64,000 nt of DNA from Deltaproteobacteria bacterium (GTDB taxonomy: Bacteria > Desulfobacterota > Syntrophia > Syntrophales > UBA2185), in contig JAPLJS010000070.1 of NCBI GenBank assembly GCA_026388545.1, positions 14,065 to 78,064 on the forward strand, read 5' to 3'. Positions 57,301-64,000 of this stretch are shown here, one piece after another. The translations under genes were made by a program, and so were the position numbers. The notes under the pieces are model-generated. The model was not told where the DNA came from, did no database searches, and was given only the letters and a program-made list of their open reading frames with translations. Positions within the stretch are counted from its first letter, which is position 1. Each line of letters opens with the position of its first letter.

Positions 57301-58761
57301 ACATACAGTCGCGACGACAACGGCAACGTGACCGGCATCACCGATCCCGGCGGCAACACCAAACGTATCGTCTACGACCTCAACAACCGGCCGGTGCAGG
57401 ATATATACCCGGACAATACATCATTGCAGCGCACCTTCGGGTGGGCGAACCAGCTCGAGCAGATATCCCAGGAAGGGGGCTCCGGCGCCAACTTCCAGTA
57501 TGACGCATCATTCAACCTGACCTACATCGGGGGGTTTACTTCGGACATACATGCGCTGTTCACCTACGACGCATACAAACGTTGCACCTCCATGAGCGAC
57601 AGCCGCGGCCAGACGCTCTACGGCTACGATGCTAATACGCGGCTCACCACCATTGACGGCCCGCTGGACAGTGACACCATCACGCTCAGCTATGACGCCG
57701 CGGAGCGGCGCACGGGAATTTCCGTGGACGGCGGCCTGTCCCTGACCTATACATATGACCAGCTCGGTCGCGTTACCGGCATCGGTACCGGCTCCGGCAA
57801 TGGATACGGCTTCCAGTATACAGGTGCCAGTCCCCTTCCGACCGGCATCTCCCGTCCCAGCGGCAGTGTTACATCCTTCATCCGCGATGTGATGGGCCGA
57901 CCTACCCAGGTGGAGACCCGGAGCTCTTCGAATGCCCTTATCAACAGCTTTGCCTACACCTATACCGCCAGCCGCGATCTTCCGTCTTCGGAGTCGGTTA
58001 CCAGCGGCGCGGCCCCTGCCTCTCTCCCGAGCACGCTTTTCAGCTTCACCTATGACTCCAAAGATCTTCTGACCGGCTCCTCACCGCCTGCCCTCAGCTA
58101 TACACACGACGCTCGCGGCAACCTGACAGGAGGCTACGCCGCTGACGGTTCGCCTTTTACGGCCGTCTATGATGACATGAACCGTCTGATCAGCATCGAG
58201 TTTACCGACAAGGGAGGGGTTCTCCGCCGCAGCGAGTATATCTATGACGGCTATGGCCGTCCGGCGGGAGAGACAGATTATGCCGACGGAACAATAACCA
58301 GGCAGGCATCTTTCCTGACGCTTGGCAGCCAACTGCTGCAGGAGAGGGACGGCAACGGCGTGCCGGTCCGGGATTACACATGGAGCGAGAGTGCCGCAAC
58401 GGAGCGTCACACCCTCCTTGGACTCAGGCAAGGCGGCCAGAACTATTCCTATCTCCTCGACGGGCAGGGCAGGGTCAACGCCCTCCTTACTGACGGCCAG
58501 GCAGTGGCGGCGGCTTACAGCTTCGACCCGTTCGGCATCCCCACCGCCACCCCCGGCTCCCTCGACCAGCCATTCCGCACCTCCAATGCAGCCTTTGATG
58601 AGCGGGCCGGGCTTTACCTTTCCGATTCCGGGTTCTACCTGCCCGGTCCCGGCGTCCAGTTGTCGCGCAAGATCACGATGTGCCCTAAAGGTTTGAACTC
58701 GGGTGTGCAATTCCGGCCGATGGGCGACCTCCTTATGCGTCTTACAGGAGGTGTCCAATGA
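54400..58761 (+). CDS. Large secreted TPR / peptidase-C39-like / RHS (YD-repeat) protein
   Basis: Signal/TM segment, TPR-like region, C39-like domain (SCGAQALSYF...GHYWVLERIDGD...LFDPQ), dozens of YD repeats (YDxxGRL/NR) and a degenerate RHS core end (YSFDPFGIP...ERAGLYL). Only about 45 aa follow the core. GC-rich. Confidence 0.85.
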   Translation: MMRKKNRPSTKNSRKSDAFAFIGLLVILALLLTGAAMAGSLPQVRPNLTSLELSRPPTDEELMAAGQLGGQLFPTADLATEEGVPARSARRGALSRRVTQALKDHHHRINLSFGKAIQEWNSHHYVKAVEMLKSHIAEYPDSPWASEALLHLGCDAFYHKRSTEAEDYFRTIIERNKNNPHVGAKILINKARLRLGVLKAARNNTTEAAKLFALLVREGTDWREKTYASQWLQRLATIRNAGTRSLSCGAQALSYFFKASGIKEADDDLEKKRPETTSGFSFADLTALAAEQGTTLAALRLTPEDLPRLKLPALVHIAGRDPGDSGHYWVLERIDGDRLSLFDPQAENYFVQTTAEFAAEWSGATLVRENKDQPLAGVRLAKAELTGIVGGCCGVPRGESGLGGEREEEGLRVIGWQQGRKAAEDCCNTESPRGAPGWRINPVNMNLFVQDVPLSYWPTVGPPVKIALSYNSQSAIAIHEPFGAKWQFNYGSYLVMDTNGEVTVFMPDGRRDVYAPQPSGGYISPYKVHNTLVKLAENRFELRFPHGTVYLYDIPAGTGSLQPFLTEIRDPYGQKLTIGYDSQVRLATITDADGKITTLSYDGSNLITKVTDPFGRSAAFEYGTDNTLAKITDMGGYASTLTYDAVVSLTSIGVGANSWQFDIEPADGIGNGADPYPPPGGVMWENYRITVTNPMSGKEEFYYDGYSSTGWHVQPRDYVEYYPGYDGADTPKTEIRFMTTTGLRAEVYRIVTPAGDSYVYDYNVATGDLLSNWDGTTYTRNSQGMPTSVTDPLGTVTTATYAPNGVDMTGITNGLGTVSLTYNGNHDQISVTDRLGHKTSYTYNAMGQPTGITDPLGTVTSYVYDANRRLVSITTDGITTDTLTYDTFGRVRTLTDRTGITRTYDYNNLDDVTRKTYPDGTFISVAYSPDTPHLVTAVTDRAGATIAYGYDGLNRLIRETLPDGGTVTYSRDDNGNVTGITDPGGNTKRIVYDLNNRPVQDIYPDNTSLQRTFGWANQLEQISQEGGSGANFQYDASFNLTYIGGFTSDIHALFTYDAYKRCTSMSDSRGQTLYGYDANTRLTTIDGPLDSDTITLSYDAAERRTGISVDGGLSLTYTYDQLGRVTGIGTGSGNGYGFQYTGASPLPTGISRPSGSVTSFIRDVMGRPTQVETRSSSNALINSFAYTYTASRDLPSSESVTSGAAPASLPSTLFSFTYDSKDLLTGSSPPALSYTHDARGNLTGGYAADGSPFTAVYDDMNRLISIEFTDKGGVLRRSEYIYDGYGRPAGETDYADGTITRQASFLTLGSQLLQERDGNGVPVRDYTWSESAATERHTLLGLRQGGQNYSYLLDGQGRVNALLTDGQAVAAAYSFDPFGIPTATPGSLDQPFRTSNAAFDERAGLYLSDSGFYLPGPGVQLSRKITMCPKGLNSGVQFRPMGDLLMRLTGGVQ

Positions 58762-60104
58762 AACACACAGTGATAATTCTTCTGCTGGCGGTGGCTCTTC
58801 TAACGGCAGGCTTCGTTGACCCGGCCATTGCCGCCGATTACGCCACCAGTTATACCTATGATGAGTTCGGACGGCTCCTGTCGGTTAATATCAGTAATGG
58901 CGCATCGGTCGATTTCGCCTATGACGCCAACGGCAACCGGACGGTGGCCAGTATTTCCCCCGGCACGGTTTCTCCAACGGTAGTAACGACCGCCCCGGCC
59001 AACGGCGCCACAGGGGTCGCCACCCTGACCACAGTCAGCGCAACCCTGTCCAAAACGGTGGATCCGGTTACCGTAACCTCTGGAACCTTCTCCGTGAACG
59101 GCCCGGTCGGCACAGTCGCCGGGACAATCGGCGTAACTGACCTGGAGCTGGTATTCGTACCGACCTCACCGCTACAATACGGGGTCTCCTATACCGCGAC
59201 CGTCACCACCGGTGTCAAGGACCTGGCCGGGAATCCGCTGTCGGCTCGGAAGGATTGGAGCTTCACCACGAGCGTGGTCCCCGACCTTACCCCGCCAACT
59301 GTCATCTCCACCTCCCCTGTGTCCGGCGCCTCCAATGTTCCGGTCTCGGCCTCAGTCAGTGCCATCTTCAGTGAGGCACTCGACCAGGCCAGTGTTACCA
59401 CCTCAAGCTTCCAGGTGCTGAACGGCGCCTACGTTATCGACGGAACCGTTGCTTACAACGGGACGACGCAGACCGTCACCTTTACCCCCGACCCTCAACT
59501 TGACCCGGATGTCACGTATACAGCCGTGCTGCTCCCCACCATTGCCGACACGTCGGGCAACCGGCTGGCCGTAACCAAGGAATGGCAGTTTACCACAGCC
59601 TCCGGCGGCACGCCGGTCCCTCCCGCCGTGGTCGTGACCACACCCGTTGATGAAGAAATCAATGTGCCGCTCCGCGCCTCTGTGGGTGTTCTGTTCAACA
59701 AGGCAATGGACACGAGCACCATCACCAGCGCCACATTCGTGCTGAAAAAAGGAACTACGACAGTCCCGGCGTCGGTCAGTTACAATCCGGTCCAGCATCG
59801 TGCCACCCTCATTGCCTCCGCCTCTCTGGCACCGGACACAGTCTATACGGCAACCTTGACTACCGGGATCAAGGATGTCACCGGGCTGGCATTGCCTTCG
59901 TCGGTCATCTGGAGCTTCACCACAATGGCAAGCTTTACATTGACCCTGGCTGATGCCATTCTCGCATTGCAGGTCATAGCCAGGATGAATCCCGCTGATA
60001 TCCCTGACAACTACGCCACCTCTGGTGCAGATATAAACGGCGACGGCAAGATCGGCCTGCCGGAAGTGATTTACATTCTTCAGAAGGTGGCGGGGATGAG
60101 GTAG
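58758..60104 (+). CDS. Secreted protein with tandem SbsA/Big_5-like Ig domains and a C-terminal dockerin/EF-hand-like repeat
   Basis: Signal peptide, one YD-repeat snippet (YTYDEFGRLLS...YDANGNRT), four repeats of the type PANGATGV...VKDLAGNPL, and a C-terminal DINGDGKIGLPEVIYILQ. ATGA overlap with the RHS gene. Confidence 0.75.
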   Translation: MKHTVIILLLAVALLTAGFVDPAIAADYATSYTYDEFGRLLSVNISNGASVDFAYDANGNRTVASISPGTVSPTVVTTAPANGATGVATLTTVSATLSKTVDPVTVTSGTFSVNGPVGTVAGTIGVTDLELVFVPTSPLQYGVSYTATVTTGVKDLAGNPLSARKDWSFTTSVVPDLTPPTVISTSPVSGASNVPVSASVSAIFSEALDQASVTTSSFQVLNGAYVIDGTVAYNGTTQTVTFTPDPQLDPDVTYTAVLLPTIADTSGNRLAVTKEWQFTTASGGTPVPPAVVVTTPVDEEINVPLRASVGVLFNKAMDTSTITSATFVLKKGTTTVPASVSYNPVQHRATLIASASLAPDTVYTATLTTGIKDVTGLALPSSVIWSFTTMASFTLTLADAILALQVIARMNPADIPDNYATSGADINGDGKIGLPEVIYILQKVAGMR

Positions 60105-60169
60105 CAGTTAATGCTTTCAATTGGAAAGCATTAACTGAACCCGTTTTTGGATCTATTTAGTAGTAGGTG

Positions 60170-60277
60170 ACGTCAACAACCCGCACATCTGATCTTTTCA
60201 TTGATCGTAATCGCGAAATACGGGTTGAAATCTGCTACACAAACGCTTTTCCCCAAAACGTTGACTTCAATAAATAA
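60170..60277 (+). pseudogene. Remnant homologous to the 3' end of ORF 19145..19468 (no start codon)
   Basis: Own translation ...DLFIDRNREIRVEICYTNAFPQNVDFNK* compared with ...FSFDRSCALPNEICYKNSFPQINDFNK* at the end of the 107-aa gene. Confidence 0.55.
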
Positions 60278-60330
60278 TTAAATTACGTCTTCGCAAAATC
60301 GAGGGTGATGATAAGTAGGGGTTAGGCGAT
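60278..60330 (+). repeat. E-family repeat, copy E5 (partial)
   Basis: ...CGCAAAATCGAGGGTGATGATAAGTAGGGGTTAGGCG shares the GAGGGTGATGATAAGTA core with E1/E2 and aligns with E6 in inverted orientation. Confidence 0.5.
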
Positions 60331-60447
60331 AATTTTTCTATCAGCCGATTTAGAAGAATTGGATTATAGAAGATTAGTTTGTTACCTGAAATAAATATCC
60401 TTTGCATTCTAATTCACATATGAGTCTATCTACACATGAGACAATAT

Positions 60448-61353
60448 CTAACTAATCAGACTCTGCAGGGCTTGTTTTATATCTGGGTATTGAAATTTAA
60501 AACCATGGTCCAGCAAACGCTTGGGAATCACCCTCTGCCCTTTCAGGATTACAGTTCCAAATTCACCAAGGATGAGTCTGATCATAAATCCGGGGGCAGA
60601 AAGAAATGACGGTCGGCGAAGAACCTTCCCGAGAGCTCTTGCGAAATCCTCGTTTCTGATGGGATTTGGCGAACAGAGATTGAAGGCCCCCTCGATCGCT
60701 TCGTTCTTTATCAAAAAAAAGAAGCCCTCTACCAGATCATCAATATGAATCCAGGAACACCATTGTTTCCCGACACCAATTGGTCCTCCAACATATCTCT
60801 TGAAGAGAGGGATCATCTGACCGAGAGCGCCACCCTGTTTAGCCAGAACAACGCCGATTCTCGTGATAACCACACGAGCTCCTCTGTCAGCAGCTCGGAG
60901 CGCCTCTTGTTCCCAATAAAAAGCAAGACGGGCGAGAAAGTCTTCTCCGGGAGAAGATTCCTCGGTGAGTTGCTCATCACCATGAAAACCGTAATAGCCA
61001 ACAGCGGAAGCACTAAAAAAAGCCATTTTCTTTTCCGCTTTCTCATCAATTCCTTCAACCAGATGGCGCGTTGTTTGGAGCCTGCTGTCGCGCAGGGTCT
61101 TTTTATATTCTTCTGTCCAGCGGCTAAAGATAGAGGCTCCGGCAAGATTGATGATTGCTCCATGTTCACGAATGGCCTCCTGCCACGTTCCCTTGATCGT
61201 TGGATCCCCCTGCAAATAAGACAGTCCCGGAACTTTCTTTTCTGAACCTTTTATGGATCGGGTGAGAATAGTTACCTCGTGTCCTTCCCGAATGAGACGT
61301 GTCGTAAGATGGGTACCAACAAAACCTGTCCCGCCCGTGATGAGAATTTTCAT
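60448..61353 (-). CDS. NAD-dependent epimerase/dehydratase family protein, YfcH/TIGR01777-like (with DUF1731 C-terminus)
   Basis: Rossmann motif ILITGGTGFVG; 301 aa. Confidence 0.8.
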   Translation of the reverse strand: MKILITGGTGFVGTHLTTRLIREGHEVTILTRSIKGSEKKVPGLSYLQGDPTIKGTWQEAIREHGAIINLAGASIFSRWTEEYKKTLRDSRLQTTRHLVEGIDEKAEKKMAFFSASAVGYYGFHGDEQLTEESSPGEDFLARLAFYWEQEALRAADRGARVVITRIGVVLAKQGGALGQMIPLFKRYVGGPIGVGKQWCSWIHIDDLVEGFFFLIKNEAIEGAFNLCSPNPIRNEDFARALGKVLRRPSFLSAPGFMIRLILGEFGTVILKGQRVIPKRLLDHGFKFQYPDIKQALQSLIS

Positions 61354-61470
61354 AAATTTACACCTTACAAATTACTGCTGACTGGACATGATATTTAGTA
61401 TGAAAATAGATTCCATACATCCACCCTTAGAAAATGGGCTCGGGGGATTTTTTTATTCTCATTCCAAAAT

Positions 61471-61509
61471 CCCTCTAAATCTCCCTTTACAAAAGGGAGA
61501 CTTAATAGG
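61471..61509. repeat. REP-like palindrome
   Basis: CCTCTAAATCTCCCTTT-ACAA-AAGGGAGACTTAATAGG. Confidence 0.45.
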
Positions 61510-61691
61510 ATTGACTATTGTTATTCCTTCGTGGTGCCCTACGGGAGCATAAGGATTAGTTTGATATTTTCATGAAATATTGACAATTTCAAGTTATAAT
61601 CGGTTATATAATTTAAACGAAAACAGGATTTACCACAGTGCGGCTTAATGTGGCTGGATATGGGCAACGGTACTCCATGCGTGAATAGCTT

Positions 61692-62729
61692 ATGATGTTG
61701 AAAGAAGGACTCTTATACGAAAGATCGCCGGGAAATGCAGTTCGGTGTAACGTCTGTCAGCGCCGATGTCGGATCAAGGATGGAGATTCCGGGTACTGCA
61801 GGACGAGAGTAAATAACAACGGAACATTATACAGCACCATTTACGGTGAGGTATCTACATGGCGACGGGCTCCCATCGAGATTAAGCCTGTTTACCACTA
61901 TCTGCCGGGGAGCTATGCCTTCAGTATGGGATCCCTTGGATGCAATTTTCTTTGTGACGGCTGCCAGAATTACGACATCTCATTTGCCCTGGCCGAAAAT
62001 GTTCCGTTTCAGACCAGATACCTCTCACCGGATGAATCAGTTAAGCTCTCTCAGAATTACAAGTGCCAGGGTATATCCTGGACATATAATGAACCGACCC
62101 TGTGGTTCGAATATACTCTCGATGGGGCTCGCCTGGCAAAATCACTTGGATTATATACAAATTATGTAACCAACGGCTACATGACAGAAGAGGCCTTACA
62201 AATGATTGGCCCATATCTGGATGTTTATCGTGTCGACATCAAGGCATTCGAATCACAGGCGTATAAAAAAATTGCCCATATTTCCGACTGGAAACACATT
62301 CTGGAAAACACCATCCATGCGAAAAAACGCTGGAATATGCACGTGGAAGTAGTTACGAACATCATTCAAGGGATTAACGACGATCCCGGACATATGCGTG
62401 AGATGGCTCAATGGGTGAAGGGAGAGCTTGGATCATGCACACCCTGGCATATTACCCGGTTCTTTCCCCACTGGAAATTGACACATGTAAAGCCAACACC
62501 GGTTGAATCCCTGGAAAAAATCCGCGAAACTGCACTAAAGGAAGGTCTCATGTTTGTATATATCGGAAATGTTCCCGGACACCCTGCCAACAATACGTAC
62601 TGTCCTTCCTGCGGCGAGACAGTGATTGAACGTAACGATTGGGGCGCTGTAAAATGCAGTATCACGTCAAACGCCTGTCCATTCTGTAAATCATTTATTT
62701 TCGGGAAATTCAATGAGAACACACTGTGA
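61692..62729 (+). CDS. AmmeMemoRadiSam-system-type radical SAM enzyme (PflA-like activase family)
   Basis: N-terminal Cys cluster CNVCQRRC...YC, radical SAM motif CNFLCDGCQN, and C-terminal CPSCG...CPFC. Confidence 0.75.
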   Translation: MMLKEGLLYERSPGNAVRCNVCQRRCRIKDGDSGYCRTRVNNNGTLYSTIYGEVSTWRRAPIEIKPVYHYLPGSYAFSMGSLGCNFLCDGCQNYDISFALAENVPFQTRYLSPDESVKLSQNYKCQGISWTYNEPTLWFEYTLDGARLAKSLGLYTNYVTNGYMTEEALQMIGPYLDVYRVDIKAFESQAYKKIAHISDWKHILENTIHAKKRWNMHVEVVTNIIQGINDDPGHMREMAQWVKGELGSCTPWHITRFFPHWKLTHVKPTPVESLEKIRETALKEGLMFVYIGNVPGHPANNTYCPSCGETVIERNDWGAVKCSITSNACPFCKSFIFGKFNENTL

Positions 62730-62934
62730 GCAATACCGAGTACAGAGGTGTAGTCATGATAATAAAAATACCGGAACCGATCTCCGGGGAACTGGGAATC
62801 CCTTCGACATTCCTGGAGACAAATTGCTTCTGGTGTGTGAATGATACGTATGAACATTCATTATGGATTCGACCTTCTGCGACGATTCTTCCCTTCTTGA
62901 CCGCTCCGGTGGAAAGTGTTTTATTACATAAACG

Positions 62935-63642
62935 ATGAACGGGGATCTGGAAAAAAGAATCCAAACATTGGCACAGTGGATGTATGAGTCCCACCACCTG
63001 GTAGTTTTCACGGGCGCAGGGATAAGTACGGAGTCGGGAATCTCCGATTTCAGAGGCCCTGACGGGGTATGGACACGCCGGGACAAGGGACTTTCCCCGA
63101 AGCCCATGAGCGTGTCGATGGATGCAGTAGAGCCGAATGCGGGACACCTCGCCATCGCCGAACTTCAGAAAATGGGGAAATTGCAGTTTTTGATTTCCCA
63201 GAATGTAGATAATCTCCATTTGAAATCAGGTATCCGCCAGGAGATACTGGCGGAGCTGCATGGGAACATCGCGAGACTCCGATGCAAAAAGTGCGGGCTA
63301 ACGGTCGACAGGTCTGCGGGAAGAGAAGTTTGCCGGTGCGGCGGAACGCTGGTTCGCAGCGTCGTCGATTTCGGTCAATCCCTTCCGGAGAGGGACCTCG
63401 CTCTGTCATTCAAACATTCACGCAAGAGTGATCTTTTTGTTGTTGCGGGTTCCAGTCTTGTCGTAACACCTGCGGCCGACATGCCGGCAGAGGCGCTTCG
63501 TTCCGGTGCAAAACTAGTAATTATCAACCGGGGTGAAACGCCCTTCGATCCGCACTCTCATCTGAGGTTTTATGAAAAGACCGGAGATGTCCTTCCCAGA
63601 GCAGTAAAGCAGTTGAAAAGACTGATGGGGCTGTTTGAATAA
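62935..63642 (+). CDS. NAD-dependent protein deacylase, Sir2 family
   Basis: GAGISTESGISDFRG, QNVDNLH, HGN and a Zn-ribbon CKKCG...CRCGG. Confidence 0.9.
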   Translation: MNGDLEKRIQTLAQWMYESHHLVVFTGAGISTESGISDFRGPDGVWTRRDKGLSPKPMSVSMDAVEPNAGHLAIAELQKMGKLQFLISQNVDNLHLKSGIRQEILAELHGNIARLRCKKCGLTVDRSAGREVCRCGGTLVRSVVDFGQSLPERDLALSFKHSRKSDLFVVAGSSLVVTPAADMPAEALRSGAKLVIINRGETPFDPHSHLRFYEKTGDVLPRAVKQLKRLMGLFE

Positions 63643-63779
63643 GAAACTCTAGAACAAAACAATCCCCTTATTCTTGAACCCACTGGAACAGTAGCGGGAT
63701 TAACCCATAATTGGTGATTTTCAGTATTCTAAGATTTCTAAGATGACGAATACTGTCAAATTACATTTTGCCATGACTA

Positions 63780-63844
63780 TCGATAGCAAATACTAATGTG
63801 CATAATTGCTAATCGGATTAATTTATTGAATTCGGGATGAAAGG
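63780..63844 (+). repeat. F-family repeat, copy F2
   Basis: TCGATAGCAAATACTAATGTGCATAATTGCTAATCGGATTAATTTATTGAATTCGGGATGAAAGG. Confidence 0.6.
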
Positions 63845-63853
63845 CGCAAAGTC

Positions 63854-63883
63854 TTGACAGCTTATTTTCTGTTCAGGTAAAAT
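63854..63883 (+). promoter_or_regulatory. Sigma-70-type promoter
   Basis: TTGACA-N18-TAAAAT, immediately after F2. Confidence 0.5.
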
Positions 63884-64000
63884 GCGGACAACTTCCTCTA
63901 ATGCTGCACCCCCTTTTTTTCTCTCTCCCTTCTTATAGTGTTTTTTTCTAATTCAATTCATCCACACGACATTGCAGTCAGTAATCTGTGTTGAGGTAAA

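Noticed and set aside
54400-60104. Many long antisense or alternative-frame ORFs in the ORF track inside the GC-rich genes (e.g. 58081..58758, 54900..55349, 59403..59798), and likewise 47398..47967, 26583..27005 and 50025..50643
   Set aside because: These are typical GC-rich shadow ORFs. They lie fully inside strongly supported genes, have no motifs, and have Arg/Pro/Gly-rich composition.
1-64000. CRISPR arrays, rRNA and tRNA genes
   Set aside because: I saw no regularly spaced direct repeats and no tRNA-like T-arm/acceptor pattern outside coding regions when reading the intergenic regions. GGTTCGAA-like strings occur only inside CDS.

Overview
64-kb bacterial chromosomal window. Most of it is AT-rich coding DNA, with several patches that look GC-richer by eye. 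Core content: a Liv-type ABC uptake operon with an embedded acyl-CoA ligase (1-2615, minus), a sigma-54 two-component pair, comEC, hisS-aspS, an HMGL-family synthase fused to a Cache-like domain, a UvrD-type helicase, a DUF362 ferredoxin protein, MscS, a complete trpEGDCFBA operon (35.6-42.4 kb), an ABC-2 exporter, a RelE/RHH toxin-antitoxin pair, a permease, an AmmeMemoRadiSam-type radical SAM enzyme and a Sir2 deacylase. From about 19.1 to 35.0 kb there is an accessory island. All 14 of its non-IS genes are on the minus strand and are functionally unrelated: small membrane proteins, DUF2971, a TM / J-domain / FGE-sulfatase-DUF1566 operon, an orphan TRAP-like binding protein, an ABC-type ATPase plus a DUF4276/TOPRIM-like protein (PARIS/OLD-like candidate defence pair), one IS with an rve transposase, and an AT-rich ThDP (acetolactate-synthase-like) enzyme followed by a CX4CX2C radical SAM gene. 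The most unusual thing I can see is how these modules are bounded. They are separated by copies of an unannotated hairpin-containing repeat (core about 70 bp, extended unit about 165 bp). Two pairs of unrelated modules also carry nearly identical promoter/leader modules. The layout is cassette-array-like, but the repeats do not look like integron attC sites. Other sequence-level observations: (1) ribosome-type attenuators with tandem terminators upstream of trpE (WWW leader) and of the Liv-type operon (Phe-rich leader), both with the same six-segment logic; (2) a Leu/Ile/Val-rich mini-ORF upstream of the ThDP gene; (3) an in-frame TAG in a LysM lipoprotein; (4) a -1 frameshift at A_AAA_AAG in an acyltransferase; (5) a GC-rich TPR-C39-RHS plus Ig/dockerin locus without a recognisable toxin tip. 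I saw no rRNA, tRNA or CRISPR array. The taxon is unknown; the gene content suggests an anaerobe, which is inference only.
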